Source: the human T2T-CHM13v2.0 reference genome, Homo sapiens
Direction: 5' to 3' (one strand)
Length of the DNA stretch: 64,000 bases
Assembly (NCBI RefSeq): GCF_009914755.1
Contig: NC_060927.1
Of the stretch, positions 1 to 17,075 are shown in pieces; the stretch's first letter is position 1; each line of letters starts with the position of its first letter. The translations under genes and the position numbers were made by a program. The notes below the pieces were generated by a model that saw nothing but the letters and a program-made list of their open reading frames with translations, searched no databases and was not told where the DNA came from.

Positions 1-10
1 ACAAGCAGGA

Positions 11-558
11 ATTCATTCAAAGAGTAACTGAGCTCTTCTTCAATTTTATTCTACATTATATAATTACTGTGGATAAAGCACTGAACAGAAGAGACATGGC
101 TGTCTTGATGGTGTTTATACTTAAGGGAAAATATTACACACTTATATATGTAAACTAAAATAGTGATAAGTGCAATGAACAAGGAATTGTAGGGTGCTGT
201 GGATGTGTTGACCTGTGCTCCTACCCATTTGACCTGGAGGAAGGAAGCTGGGAGTAGACTGAGGTGTCAAGGTATATTTTTCTGACCAAATGACATCTTA
301 CCAAAACTTGAAGAAAGAGTAGGAATTAAACCGGTGGAGAGGGAGAGGGAGAGAGAAACATACAACAGAGAGGACAAAACACATACTCAATGGTCCTGAT
401 ACGTATATCAGAAATGAAAGCCGTGGTGAATAATAGGGCTGGAGCGATAGGTTAAGACTAGGTCACGCAGGTGCCATGCTCTATCCTATGAGCAATGGAA
501 AGTTATTGAAGGGTTTTAACTAGGTACGCGAAGGCAGATTTGTTTTCAAAGCATCAAA
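11..558 (-). mobile_element. Old L2 LINE 3' fragment
   Basis: Starts with reversed L2 tail ATTCATTCA; L2-like blocks (gtgataagtgcaatgaa; gcaatggaaagttattgaagggtttt); highly diverged, boundaries approximate. Confidence 0.55.
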
Positions 559-1424
559 TATTTGGTGAAATAATGGTCTTTCAAATAAATATGAGAGTCT
601 ACAAAATAGAGGCATTTTCTCCAATCAAGTACTTTGGACAATACAGGTTCCCAAATGCTTCTGCAAAACCAGCTCTCATTTAAAAACAAAAGAAAAAAGT
701 CTTTTAAAATTGATGCTCTTTTATTCCCAAGGATTTAGAACTTTGAATTCATAATTTTTAGAACAGAAGGGGACTTTCGAGATGATCCCATCTGATATTC
801 TCTCATCTCCTGAGACCCACCTGGGCGGTTAATGGAGTTGCTAAGGACCAATTTTTAAGTGAAGAGCTAAACCAGAAACTGGATCTTCGAACTCCCATCT
901 AATCTTGCCATTAATCAATGTTGTTCTTTTGTGGATAGTTAGCAATTTTAATAATTCTTCAGTATTTATTAGGTATTGTCATTTTAAATATGAGATCTTG
1001 GGATATTGTGTTTTTATTTTATAATAATTTAGAACAATTAAAAAAGTCATTCTAATGTCTTTCTTTGGCTATTCTAAATATCATGGAAAACATTTATCTA
1101 GTATTCTGAAATTAAATTACAGTTGTAATAGCCCTATTGTTTCACCTGTTTAAGCACCATTATTCAGGATGTGATATTCATATTATAAAACATACCATAT
1201 TTTAGGTGGAGAATAATACATAATAAAATAATAAATAAATGACTTAGGAAACTCTAAAAATTACAATTTAAAAATCTGCAATGGACATGAATGCTCATGA
1301 AGAAAATTAATAGTTGCCAATGTGTAAAATTGTTAACCTTACCATGAATTTTTAAATGTCTAGGTATAGTTATAGATAATTTTATAGAAATCATTTTTAA
1401 AATTTGTAGCTCACATTGTTGCAT

Positions 1425-1770
1425 CTATAGCAGATTATATTTTTCAAAAATGGCTACAGCAGTATTTCCATTCCCATATGTTCTTTCACAACCTTGCCAC
1501 TTCCATCAAGAGGCAGAATCTATTTCTCTTTCTCTTGAAACTACAGGAGACTTTATAACTGCTTCAACCTAAAAGAACAGGCAGAACTGTGTAATCTCAG
1601 AGGCTGGTTCTTACAGGCAATATGGCTTCTCTTTCCCCCAGTCCCACCCCTGCCTTCTTCCTCCACTGCCTCTCTCTCCCTCCCTCTCAAAGCTCAACCT
1701 TGGAACCCAGCCACACTGTTAAGGTAAAAACCAGGCCACATGGAGAGACTTCATTTAGATAGTTGATCCA
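1425..1770 (+). mobile_element. MLT1-family (MaLR) LTR remnant
   Basis: MLT1H/G-like motifs (ccatcaagaggcagaatctatttctc...cttgaa; cttggaacccagccac...ggccacatggagag). Confidence 0.55.
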
Positions 1771-2639
1771 GTTGACAATTTTAAAAACTCATCCATAATG
1801 GCACACATGCGAACACACACACACACACCTGAAAATACTTAGAACTTAGCAGAGTGGAATTGGACCTATATGAAAGATATACACACACACACACAGAGAC
1901 TCACATATATGTACATACACACATACTTATATAATCTGACATACATTATATATTATATGAATTATATATTATACATGGCATGTAATATATATGTGTATGT
2001 ATAATCTTATGAGGAATATAAAATATTCTGAACAAATTTAAAAAGTTGTGTGCTACTAGCTGAAATGTGAGGTATTGAGGACAATCTAAAAATAAGCAAT
2101 CTGGCAAATAACATCTATTAAAATTATAAAACTTTTAACTCAGCAAATATTCTCCTGGAAAAATATTTCTAAGGAATAAATCACCACTACATAAAGATAT
2201 GAATAGAAATATTTTATTATTTAATGTTACAGAAACAAAAATAATGGATATAATTTGAACATCCATTAAGAGAAGGATATATTATGTAATATTATATAGC
2301 CAATATAAGATTTCAGCCAATGTATTATTTTATAACCAATAAGAGAAAATCTTTTAAAATCGTTCATTTATTTGATTTCTACAAGGTATTGAGTGAGAAA
2401 AGAAAGATTATATAGGCAAATCTACATATTATCTTTTCATACCTTTGTGAAATGATGTTAAAAATAGTCCTATATGCTATGTATGCATGTGTTAAGTATA
2501 AATGTTGTGTAGATAGAATTACATGTGCTGGTTAAATTCCCTAAGTGGGGATGTTGGTGGGGATGATGTCCAGGGCAGGAAAAGACAAGCTATCACTGTA
2601 ACTACATAACAGATAATGCCAGAACTTACTGGCTTAAAA

Positions 2640-2826
2640 CAGTAATTCCCAATTGGGAGTGATTTTTGCCTACCAAGGTTATTTTTGATTGTCAATACAT
2701 ATGTGGGGTTACTACTGGCAGGAGGCCAGGAATGCTCTTGAACATCCTACAAATGCATAGGATAGCCATCTATAAAAAAGGATTGTCCTGTCCAAGAGGT
2801 CAGTAATACAATGCCAAGAAACCCTG
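2640..2826. mobile_element. MER20 hAT DNA transposon nested in an MLT1 LTR
   Basis: CAG...CTG termini, MER20-like core (gaggccaggaatgct...catcctacaaatgca), 8-bp TSD GCTTAAAA (2632-2639)/GCTTAAAT (2827-2834); MLT1-like sequence on both sides. Confidence 0.7.
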
Positions 2827-3023
2827 GCTTAAATAAATGACAATATTTATTTTGCTTCCAAATCTGCAGTTTGGGCAGGGCAGGGGTGGTTGAGGACAGC
2901 TCAATTCTGCTCTGCTCAGTGTCAGGCTAGAAGGCTGGGCCTGAAATCGTGTGAAGGCTCTCGCAGGTTTTCCTTTTCATATTGGCAGTTTCTTATCATT
3001 CTTATTTTATTCGGTGTTATTAG

Positions 3024-3389
<366 letters not shown>

Positions 3390-4091
3390 TGAGTATTGGG
3401 TGAACTCGTAGACGGCATCAAGGCTTGGTCAGCAGGGAGGAAGGAGCAGCAGCTGCTTGCAGGTGGACGCCAGAACTTCTAGTGCCCTCGGATCAAAGCC
3501 AGGCGAACAGACTTCTCTGAGCTTCCTTCTCGCTCTCTGGCTGTCACATGAGCTGCCTTGCCAGCCTCTCCTTCTTCCAGTCACCAGAGAGGTGCTGTTT
3601 GCTTACGTATGCCACGCCAGACCCCGAGGTGGACATATGCTGTCACTTAATTCTCCATCTGCTGCCTGCCTGGGCTGCTGCATTAATTGGGATTCTTTTG
3701 GTTGTAAGTGAGAGAAATACAACTGAAACTATTGTAGGCAGAAAGGGGATCTTACCATTTTGTGCATTCGTGAGGTGGCATGTCTAACTTAGGAACAATC
3801 CAAGAATTTCTCCATCTGCTGTAGATGGGCCCATTTCCAAAAAAGGGACAAAGTCAAAGGTCACAGCAGTTCTGGGTTAATAAGATAGGCTTCCATCCTG
3901 GCCACAACCAGAGAGGATGCTGGGAATGCTCTTCCTGGCTCCAGTCTCATGGAAGGATTCTGATTGGTCCAGCTCAGGTCACGTGCCTCTCCTCCATGGT
4001 CAGAGTCTGGGGCAAGATGTGCTAGGCAGACAGATACAGAGACAGCAGCCCTCCTTGCCTGCCTCTGCACAGTGGATCTTGACATTGGGAA

Positions 4092-4691
<600 letters not shown>

Positions 4692-4798
4692 AACACTAGG
4701 AATTTTAAAACGTCATGAATTTGTGATCTCTGAGCCCCGTGTGCTGCACGGTGGCTCTTGTGTTCCCCAATCTTGGGGGGTTTTGCTTCTCATTCTAG

Positions 4799-6228
<1,430 letters not shown>

Positions 6229-6257
6229 TTATGTTTTGTTGTTATATAGGGAACGAT

Positions 6258-6379
6258 AAAAAAAATTTTTTTTCAACCAATGTGGACCAGGTGTTGGCTT
6301 CGAACTCGCACTCTCGAACCCTCGCCTCCCTGAAGGCCCGAGGGCAGGCGCAACCGGCCGGAGCCACAATGGCTCCGGG
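6258..6379 (-). ncRNA. SNAR-I: snaR (small NF90/ILF3-associated RNA) Pol III gene; probably the orphan paralogue SNAR-I (SNAR-H not excluded)
   Basis: Minus strand reads CCCGGAGCCATTGTGGCTCCGGCCGGTTGCGCCTGCCCTCGGGCC...GAGTTCGAAGCCAACACCTGGTCCACATTGGTTG-A8-T8, matching snaR: 5' hairpin, A box, B box, oligo(A), oligo(T) terminator. Family is firm; paralogue name is inferred from the non-chr19-like context. Confidence 0.88.
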
Positions 6380-6539
6380 TGTCGCGGCTGTCCTTTCATC
6401 CCTTTGATCTTACGCAGGGTGATGCAGCCAATCACGAGAGGCTCACCCCTGACGTCACCCAGTCCCCAGGGCCAGGGAGGGCTCTGCGTTCCATGGCGCC
6501 CCCTGGAGGGAGGAAGGGGAACTGTATCTGAGAGAGAGC
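6380..6539. promoter_or_regulatory. snaR upstream promoter module (same type as the CGB1/CGB2 promoter insertion)
   Basis: TCF/LEF CCTTTGATCT 6401-6410; NF-Y AGCCAATCA around 6428-6432; palindromic CRE TGACGTCA 6450-6457; CTCF-like CCCTCCAGGGGGCGCCA (minus) 6494-6510; CpG-rich. Confidence 0.7.
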
Positions 6540-6975
6540 ATGGCTACTGAATTTTATCAAATGCTTATCCAATATCACCATCCATACATTTTCTGATCAT
6601 GAATATTCATCCCTTACTTTAATGTACCTGAAGTACATACTTTTAATATATTTAATAGAAATTACCTGTGAATATATCTGTTCCTTCAATACTTTTCTAA
6701 GTGATCATTTCAGATTTTCCATTTATTTTTCATTCAATTGTGGTAATTACATATTTTGCCAAAAATTCATTCATTTATTTTGGTTTTCAAATGGGCTGCC
6801 ATAGAATTGCATATCATAACATATATTATTCTGTAAATACTCTCTGTAGTTAAATCTTATCTCTATTCTTTTATATTTTACTCCCTTTCTTTTGTCCTTA
6901 ATCAAGCATATGAAGGATTTGTAATTCTTATTGGATATGTCAAAAAAAAAACCTGTTGACTTATTTATCATTTGT
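6540..6975 (-). mobile_element. Old L1M ORF2 fragment (host of the cassette; continues at ~2965-3037)
   Basis: tgaattttatcaaatgctt and following antisense ORF2-like sequence; minus ORF 6771-6971 resembles L1 ORF2 remnants. Confidence 0.55.
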
Positions 6976-7429
6976 AGTTTTTCTCAATTGTACATACAGA
7001 TTATAATTGTGTTCCGTTCACAGAGTTATTATTGTGAGGATTAAGTCAGTTAATTTTCATGACATGCTTAGATTTACTCAAATTTCAAAAGAAATATATT
7101 AAATGTTCTTATTCAAATTATATTTTCTTCAAGTTGCCAGTGTGATATGTAGTTCTTACTTTTTATATTGAGCTGCTGTAATGTGTCTTGCAAAGCTCTA
7201 TGACTGCAAATCTGCTTCACAAAATGTGACTTTTATCAGTACATGTCGGCCTATTTTATATTCTGTTTAGTGCTTTCAACCCCGAAGTCCACCTTCTAAC
7301 ATTAATATTGATATCCATCCTCTCTCTCCTCCAACCTCTCTCTCTCTTGCATTTACTTTTAGATTTTCATTACTTTCTTTTTATTCTGATTCTTGTAAAT
7401 AGTATAAACTAGATTCTTTTATTTTTATT

Positions 7430-7830
7430 TACTTTTTAAATTTATGATTGACACATAATAATTGTATATATTTATGGGGCACAACGTGATGTTTCGGTGC
7501 ATGTATACATAGTATAATGATCAAATTAGGGTAGTTACCATATCCATTACTTTAAACATTTATCATTTCTTTGTGGTAACAACATTAAAAATCTCATCTA
7601 GAATGGCGTGAACCCTGGAGGCAGAGCTTGCAGTGAGACGAGATGGCGCCACTGCACTCCAGACTGGGCGACAGAGCGAGACTCCGTCTCAAAAAAAAAA
7701 AAAGGAAAAAAAAAACTTCTCTTCTAACTACCTTGAAATATATACTACATTGTTACTGCTACAGTCACCCTACTGTGTAACAGAACATCAAAACATATTC
7801 TTCCTGTCTCTCTGTAACTGTGTGGATTTT
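7430..7830 (-). mobile_element. L1MA 3' UTR fragment interrupted by a truncated AluY
   Basis: tgacacataataattgtatatatttatgggg...aatgatcaaattaggg is typical of L1MA 3' ends. Confidence 0.7.
7600..7715 (+). mobile_element. 5'-truncated AluY (right-arm end plus A tail)
   Basis: AluY diagnostics gaatggcgtgaacc and gagcttgcagtgag, followed by poly(A). Confidence 0.9.
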
Positions 7831-8439
7831 TCAAAGTCCAGTTTAAGAACATAAACCTTTTTTTTCTCAGGAGAAATTGTAGTCCATACCCAATCTCTGT
7901 AATGATTGATAAAACATCTTATATCTTTCATTTTGCTTTATGTTTTCATTTATCTGGCCTTTTTTTTAGCACTTTTTACAGAATATATTTATTTTTTATT
8001 TTGATCGACATGAGTCTTTCCCAAAATCAAAAAATCAGAAGAATTAGTCTTTATGTTCACTCAGCAACTTGCTTGTTCCATGAAGTTAGACATTGCTTTT
8101 TCTGTAATCCTTAAAGCATAAATAATACCTGACTTTGATTACCTCTTAGAATTACTACAATGATGAAATAATCTATATGTACTTTCTAAACCATTTATCT
8201 GCAAGGTGTTGTAAATACTTCAAGGAAATATTAACATACAAGTAACTAAGGATAAAAGCTAGCAAATTTATTTTGTTATATAGCTGACAAAAATCTGTTG
8301 TTACTAAATTATATATATAATTAATATACAATTTCTAATATATATTAGAAATTTCGGCTGAGTTATCTCTTGCTCTTTCTCTGTGTGTGTGTGTGTGTGT
8401 ATATATATACATATATATATAACTACACTATTTTTATAA

Positions 8440-8750
8440 TTAATAGACTTTTTTTGGTACTTTTAGCTTTACAGAAAAGTTAAGTAGAAAGCACAAAATT
8501 CCTATAAACCCCCTTACCCTCACCCTAGGTTTCTGCTATTATTAACATGTTGCATTAGATGGCACATTTGTTACATTTCATAAACCAATGTTGATACATG
8601 CTTGTTAACTGAGTTCCATAGTTTACATTAGTGTTCATTTCCTGTGTTGTACTTTCTATGGGTTTGGACAATTGTCTGATGACCTGTAGCCACCATGACA
8701 GTGTCATACGAATAACTTCACTGTTCTAAAAACCCCTTGGTTCACATTTT
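8440..8750 (-). mobile_element. L1MC/L1MD 3' fragment
   Basis: tttacagaaaagtt...acatttgttaca...ccatagtttacattag motifs. Confidence 0.6.
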
Positions 8751-10129
8751 ATCTTTCATTTTTTATTTTCCATTTGTATTTTCTTAATTTTAATGTTTCT
8801 AGACCTTTTTTTCTATTCAATCTTTACTCTTATGTGCTTGATAAAGTTGGTATTCATTACATTTTTCACCTTGTTAATTTGGAAATCATTCCTTATTTTT
8901 ATTATTAAGTGGCTGTCTTTCCTTCTGGATGTTCATACTGAGACACATTTCTCTCTATTGCTATGAATACCAAACTGTTATAATAATAATATTTATCAAG
9001 TATATACTGTGTGCCTTTTTGAAATGTTGGAAATCTATATGTTTTTTTATTATAGTTAATAATCTATAATAATTTGTAGTATCTAATTCAGTTCTCACAA
9101 CACTCCTATAAGAGCTAGGGATAATTATCATATCTAACTACTGAGGAATTGAAGCACTTACCTTATGTTACGCAGCTAGTAAGAAGTGGAACTAGTATAT
9201 TTGAAAACAGGTGGATCAAGTTTGGTCAAAGCTTTGGTACTCTATTTTTGTATATTGACTCTGATAAACTCAATTAGTTATCTCAGGGAAACATTCTAGT
9301 TTTTCATTCTTTCCTTCCACTCCAATAAGATTATATTTAAAAACTATTTTTAGCTACCTCTCTCACTCTCATCTGCCCCTCCCAAGAGACCTTTAAAATG
9401 TTTTTATGCTCTATTTTATGCACTTATTTCTAGATTTTGCTGAAATAATTTAGAATTTTTACTTCTTACTGTTTTTCTTACCAATTATTTTTACATCACA
9501 AATTAAAATGAGATATTACTTTTCCTAGTAGAAAATAAAATTAAAGGTATAACTCAGTGTTGTCAAAACTATAGTCACACAAGCATACATTAGTAAAATG
9601 TTTATGTAAAACACTTTGGTAATAGATATAAAGAATATTTACTTAATACCTATTTATTATTTCTACTTTAGGACCGTAATGTAAGAAAATATTAAGAAAT
9701 GAAGACGTAAATTCAAATGAAATTTTATTTCTCACAACATTTATAGCAAAACATAAAATTTGCCAAAAATTCAATCAAAAACTGAACAGCTTAAATTAAT
9801 TAACTGGGGTCAGAGAGCAAGCACAGTAAGTGAAAAAAGTGATAGCTAATGGATTATTGCCAGATAATTGGATAAGGTGATATTGTGAAAGGTATCCCAA
9901 AGCTACTACAATGTATTTGGATCTCTTTCTCTAGAAAATAGTCTCCGATTCACTTTAGACAACCTTTTGGAGTAGTAATTTGTTGAATAATTTTCTGGAC
10001 TTGAGGCTCTCACATGAGCAGTTGAATACTCCTGGGTATGAGAAGAAGAAACGGAAGTTGTGGTGAGGGGTGAAAACCATCAACTTGATTTAGTCTAATT
10101 AGTGCTTTAATAACATGCCTTAGAGATTT

Positions 10130-10242
10130 TATATATATGTATGTGTGTATATACATATATATGCGTATATATATATACACACATATATATGCGTATATAT
10201 ATATACACGCATATATATGCATATATATATATACATATATGT
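10130..10242. repeat. (TA)n/(CA)/(CG)-interrupted microsatellite
   Basis: Alternating purine-pyrimidine tract directly visible. Confidence 0.9.
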
Positions 10243-11867
10243 AAAATTGCTATTGGAACTTAGATCTCTTTTTGCATCTAGTCTTCTACCATAGTTCCCT
10301 GTACTGAACTATTGTCCAATTTCATGAAGCCTCCAACTTCTTGTTCATTACTGGAACATTTTTACAGCACTTACGTCTTCCCCAACATTTTAGATTCAAT
10401 GATATTTCCATCAGATTTATAAAACTTTCTTAAGTATAGCTCTCTAAGTTTACTTTAATGTTTCACATAAAAAACAAGGAATCATGTATTTTATATACTA
10501 TTTTAGATACAGAAACTTGCCAAACGATGTGATGAAGATTTTTGTGGAATGTGCTGATGCTTTGGCTGTTTCTCTTATGTTATTGGTTATATAGTATTGC
10601 CTCAGAGTTAAAAGTTTTCTGCAAAAATAAAACGTGATTGACGTTGGTAAAAACACTAATTGTAGAACATTGCACAAGTTTGATTCTCAATATATTTTAG
10701 CTTATTAGGTATTTGTCTTTATTTATGATGATGATTGTGAAAATTGAAAATAAAAAAGAACTAAATTACTATGAAGTCCTCTCATTTTTCAAAGTGACTT
10801 AGCAGAAATTTATCGCCAAATCTCTACCATTTTTGTCTGGCAAGAAACAGCTCAATTAATGAGTAAACAAGCCAGCCTTGAGGAGTTTTGTTATTTCATT
10901 CCATAAAATGATGTAGCATAGAAACTCAGAAATTCTCATCTACTTACTTGCAATTCCCCAGCATACTCAACACTTTTTAAAATTCAGTGCTCACACTGCA
11001 TTATTCCATGTGGAAGCTTCTTGTCTAACACGTTTTTATTTGTTAGAGTTCCACTGCAGCTATATCTTCCTTATTCACTCACCTCCTACACTGGTATTGT
11101 TGGTGAACAGTAGCTCATGTATCAAGTATCCTTAGTACCTGACAGTATGTATTTGGTAATAATATCTCCAGAGCATTCAGCATCACATTCCACAATTGCT
11201 AAGATGTAAAAAGTTCTGAGAATTGAAAGGTACTAGAAACAATATTTCCCACTTCTGTACCTTCCTGTTTTCCCCATCAGACTATGACCTGTTTGATGTA
11301 CCTCTCTATACATACAGCGCGCTCTCACATTCAATACTCATTAAAAAGAAATAGTTGAATTTATTTTTTACAAACTAATTCCCAGAAACGGTATGAAGAC
11401 AAAAGCCACATACCTAAGGATAAAGCTATGAGGCTGTTTGCAGTTTGTGTTTCTAAAGGTAGCTCATTCTTGGAGATTTCTCTAGAGAGGCATTGTCCTT
11501 TGTGCGCTCTGGGAGAAGGATGAGGAGAACAAAAGTTGCACACACTATTTAAGGATAATATATCATGGCTGTTTTAACTAACGACCCCGCTGCCAGTCCA
11601 TTATCATGAACTAGGATAGGGCAGGAAATCAAGGTTTATTGTTTTGCTTTGGCATTTTCATGTTCTGCATTGTCAGCAATCGCTACTGCGACAGGTGACA
11701 AGAAGAGAATAATAGTTAAGTAATAGATTTTAATAAGTGGGGAATTAGTAGCTAAACTTCATTAGTGATCTTAAGACCCACAAATAAAATTCATAGTTTT
11801 GCAAATGTTCAATTTAAGAATATTTCCAATCATCTATCAATAAGCTCTCAAGTATGGTAAATTTTAA

Positions 11868-12291
<424 letters not shown>

Positions 12292-13711
12292 CTGGGTTCC
12301 TGTTCTTTAAACATATAACTATGATTCCCTAGCCCTTTTCATTAATGTTAACCTCGTTGTTTCCTCCTTTATCCCAATGACTGTTTCCTCATCCCTTACA
12401 TTCTTCAATTAAAAAAAATCTCATCTTCTTAAAATTTTCTGCTTTTATTCTGCTCTGGGCCTGTTTATTCCAAATCCAAGTCTACAGAGTAGAATGGAAT
12501 GCTCTGTGGACTAGAAGCCAGGAGACCTGACTTCTACTTGATCTACCACTAACAGCGTAAGCTTAGACAAAGCATTCTCTCTGGACCTTTAGTTTTCCCA
12601 TTTGTAAGAAGAATGCGTGTTGGAGTTGATGATCTCCATGCTCTTTGAGCCATACATTTTAGACACTAAAATTCTCACATCTGTTTGTCTCACAAATCCT
12701 TTGCCAGTGAGCTGTTGCATCCTTCAGACGCTAGAGGGAGCTTCTGGGAGACTTTTCTAATACGTTTAGACTGAAGTAAGGAATAAATGTCCCTTTATCG
12801 CAATACACATTCTGATTGAAAAATGTAATTTCCCCTTTTAATTTAATGTAAAAGAAATAAATGTTGCAGTAATTCTAGAATTTTGTATTATTATGACTCT
12901 GTAGCATGAAGCTAACTTAATTCGCTTTAAATACCAACCAGGTCTTGAAGTTTTTGTCCTCTATCTTTAAATTTATGAAAATATAGGGAAGCACATTTAG
13001 AAACCAATGGAAAATAAGTACAATTATGAGAGTAGGATTCTTTTTAAAAGCCATCATTCTCAACTGAGATAATTCTCTGCTTGATGATATTGTAAAACAG
13101 AGTTATGATGCCCCTGTGTACTTTCTAAGAATATGTTTTAGAAAGTAGACAAATGCAATTTGACAACGACCTGTTTAACAATAAAGTTATTATAAACTTA
13201 TTTATTAAATTTCAAGGAAATCAGGATTGGGAAGTTTGTGAAGAACAAATAAACATCTATTCATCATCCTAAGAATAATGTAGTTTGAGATGAGAAGTTA
13301 ATTTGCATTTTTATTACTATTATTTGTTAAATTATGAAAACAGTGAATATATTCTTAGATTAAGAAGAGTTAACATGACTTTGATTCTTTGCTTCCTTTG
13401 TAGACTATTTGCTTATTCTTTGGGGATCTCTTAGATAATATCTTTAATACTTTTATATTTCAGTGTGTCTTTAGGTGCAGGAATGTTCGTCTCTTGAAGG
13501 ATTGAAATCGTACATAACTTTTCAGTCTGAGCTTTTATGGCTTTAATTATAATGAATTCTGAGTTATTCTTTTCATTCATTGCCTCTTTTTTATTCTCTT
13601 TCTTTATTTCTGGTATTTCTATTATGGGAGTGTTACTAAGTCTCTTCCTAACCTCCATTTTTTTAATTAGGCTGTATCCATTCTTTTAGTCAGCTAATAC
13701 TTTCAGGTTAG

Positions 13712-14036
<325 letters not shown>

Positions 14037-16761
14037 AAGGTTCTTTCTTATTCCAGCCATATGTATTTGCGACAACCAGTGTCTCCAATTGATTCTTGCT
14101 TCTTGTTTTTCAACATGTTTAAATTTTTGAGAATATTTATATCTGCATTTTAAATACTTGTTTTCTCTATTATTTTATTAACTCTTTATTCTCTAGTATT
14201 AGATATTCCATTTGTTATCTCACAGTGTGTTCACTTTATTCAGAAGCCTCAAGGATTTTTACTGGAAACTCATCCTCTTTTACATGAGACTCTCAGCTGA
14301 CTTTTAAGACTAAAAGATTTCAAGGTTGGGATAGGTATAGTTTTGATCCATTTACTGAGTGTTATTCTTTATTTGTTCTCTTTCTATGTCTTTTCTGACC
14401 TATCAAAGTTCTGATATGGGAACATAAGATGACAAGCCAACTGACTTAATTGGTAGTATCTCTTTTCCTATTCAGGTATGCTAATTATGTTTAAGCATTT
14501 AATTTCTTCTCCCTCTCTCTCTTGCTCTTACTCTTACTCTCAAAATGCTGTTTCTCTAATTTGGAGCACTATTTTTTCATGAAATTCACATAGTTCATAT
14601 ATTACTTGGTGTTAGTAAAACAAATAACATATTTTAGATTGAGTTATTAATGAATACAAATATGGCAAATATTCTATTGAAGGAAAAATGCTACATACAT
14701 TTTGATTACTCAAATTTAACTAATTATATGCCTGTGTGAAAAATTATAGGGCAGGTGAAAGAATACTAAAAACAAACTGAGAAGATCTGTATTTAAATCC
14801 TAGATCTGCTTTTTACTAATAGTTTCATCTTGGTCAAATACCAAGACCTCTGGACTTGGGTTTTTTAATTCATAATATATAATTCATTTCTTCTGCTCTG
14901 AATGTACCTGTTAAGGGAGCGTATGCAGCATCCACAGACACACAAGAATACATCAGTGAGAAAAGTCTGTGTGTGTGCATGAGTATGTGTGTGTGAGTGT
15001 GTGTGTGTGAATTTGGGTGTTTATCTAATAATCCCCAATGCAGGGGATTATTTTCTGGTAAAATATGATAAAGGAATGCACTTGACTGGATATCTCAGTG
15101 AGATGTCTTTGATGTTAAAATGGCTACTTTTATGGAGCAAACTCCCAAGTCCATTTATTCAACTATTACATAAGCATGTATGGCTGCTCTATCTTACCTT
15201 GTAGTATGAATGGAACTGAGAGAATGAAGTAGTGGCTATATTGCAAGGGTACACACTGACAGCTGATGACTAGGTGAGCTTTATACACAGGAGCAGGTAG
15301 CACAAAAAAAAATTGCAGCACCTGAGAGTGCAGAAAGTAAAAGATAAAGCAGGGCGTTTGCCTGCTTTTTACGGAAAATAAACCTTGTCTAGCAGCAAAA
15401 CCTGAGCAGATGACTCATGTTCAGAACAGGCAAATGATCAACTCCTCTTTCTGTGGGCAGAAACCAACAAGGGAGTGAAGAAAGGAGAGTAGGCGGAAAT
15501 GTCCTTCTCTATGGGCTAAGGCAGATGTATAAAGAGAAGAGGAAGTAAGACATTTTTTTCGTCCACAACAGTGACAAATGAATAAAACAATGTGAAAAGT
15601 CTTGACAAATTATAAGTTGCAAAAAAAATAAGAAATGTCTTGACATACTGATTAAATGACGCATTTATCTGTTTAAACCACTTTATGCTTTAGATAGAAA
15701 TTTTTTTTAGAGTGGCAATTTATACGATGCTTATCGCTCTTCTTGGAGCACGGTAGGCATTTAATACATGATGGTTTGTTGTTCGAATTTTTACCATACT
15801 TAATGTTCTGACAGCTTCATTCAATATTATCAACAGAAGAATGTATAATTCATAAAACTTCCTGAAATATTGAAATCTCAATTAGTATTACTGGTAATAA
15901 TATTAATGGGAACTCCAATTTAGAAATCCCCATCAACTTCTAATTCAACTTCCTGTAATACATTAAGTATCAATATAATTTTCAGTTATTCTACTTAACT
16001 TCATTTTTAATGACATTTTCTTCTTGATTCTCTTTTTCTCAAAATACTCTATCCTGTTATCTTACCATAATATCACACACCTCTTTTCATCTTCACTTTC
16101 TATCCATAACTCCTCCTCCTCTAGCGGACCATTGAAATTGCTCAAGATTTTAATCTTGTCACTTTTCTAATTCTACACATTTTTTGCAGGCAAACCAATC
16201 CATTGCCATTGGTTTAATGACTTTTTATGCCTTGATAGCATCAAAATATATATAGTTAGTCTTAACTATTTTCTTGATCTTAAGAGAAGGACTTTAGATC
16301 CATGCATTATTGTTACCTTGTTCTAAATATCTCACAGGCAACACAGGCACGACTTGTCCCAAACTGACCCAGTCTCTGCCATCGTTCTCAATCTTCTTTG
16401 TGCCAGTAATGGCGATACCACCCATTCTGCCACACAGCCAGAATCACAGAAATCATACTTAATTCCTTCCTCATGTTAACCTTCTATAGTCAATCAGTCA
16501 TGAAGTCTCAGTCCTAAAAACCTTTCCCAAGTCTCAAATTATTTCCTTCCCCACCCTACCACTATAGTCCAAATTCCTATCACTTTTCTGTCATAGTCTA
16601 TTATGATACAGACAGTAAACATTATTCTAAAGTGTTGCTGAACTCAGGAATTGGTAAGTAATCTCTGGTAATTTACAGACTCTTTAATAAAGTTAGAAAT
16701 CAACAATGTAAACCAAAGCCAGAACAACTTTAAAAATTAAAAATATATGTCTAAATCATTA

Positions 16762-17075
<314 letters not shown>

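Noticed and set aside
6258-6379. tRNA, 7SL or BC200 gene
   Set aside because: Has A/B boxes but no cloverleaf, S domain or BC200 unique tail; sequence matches snaR
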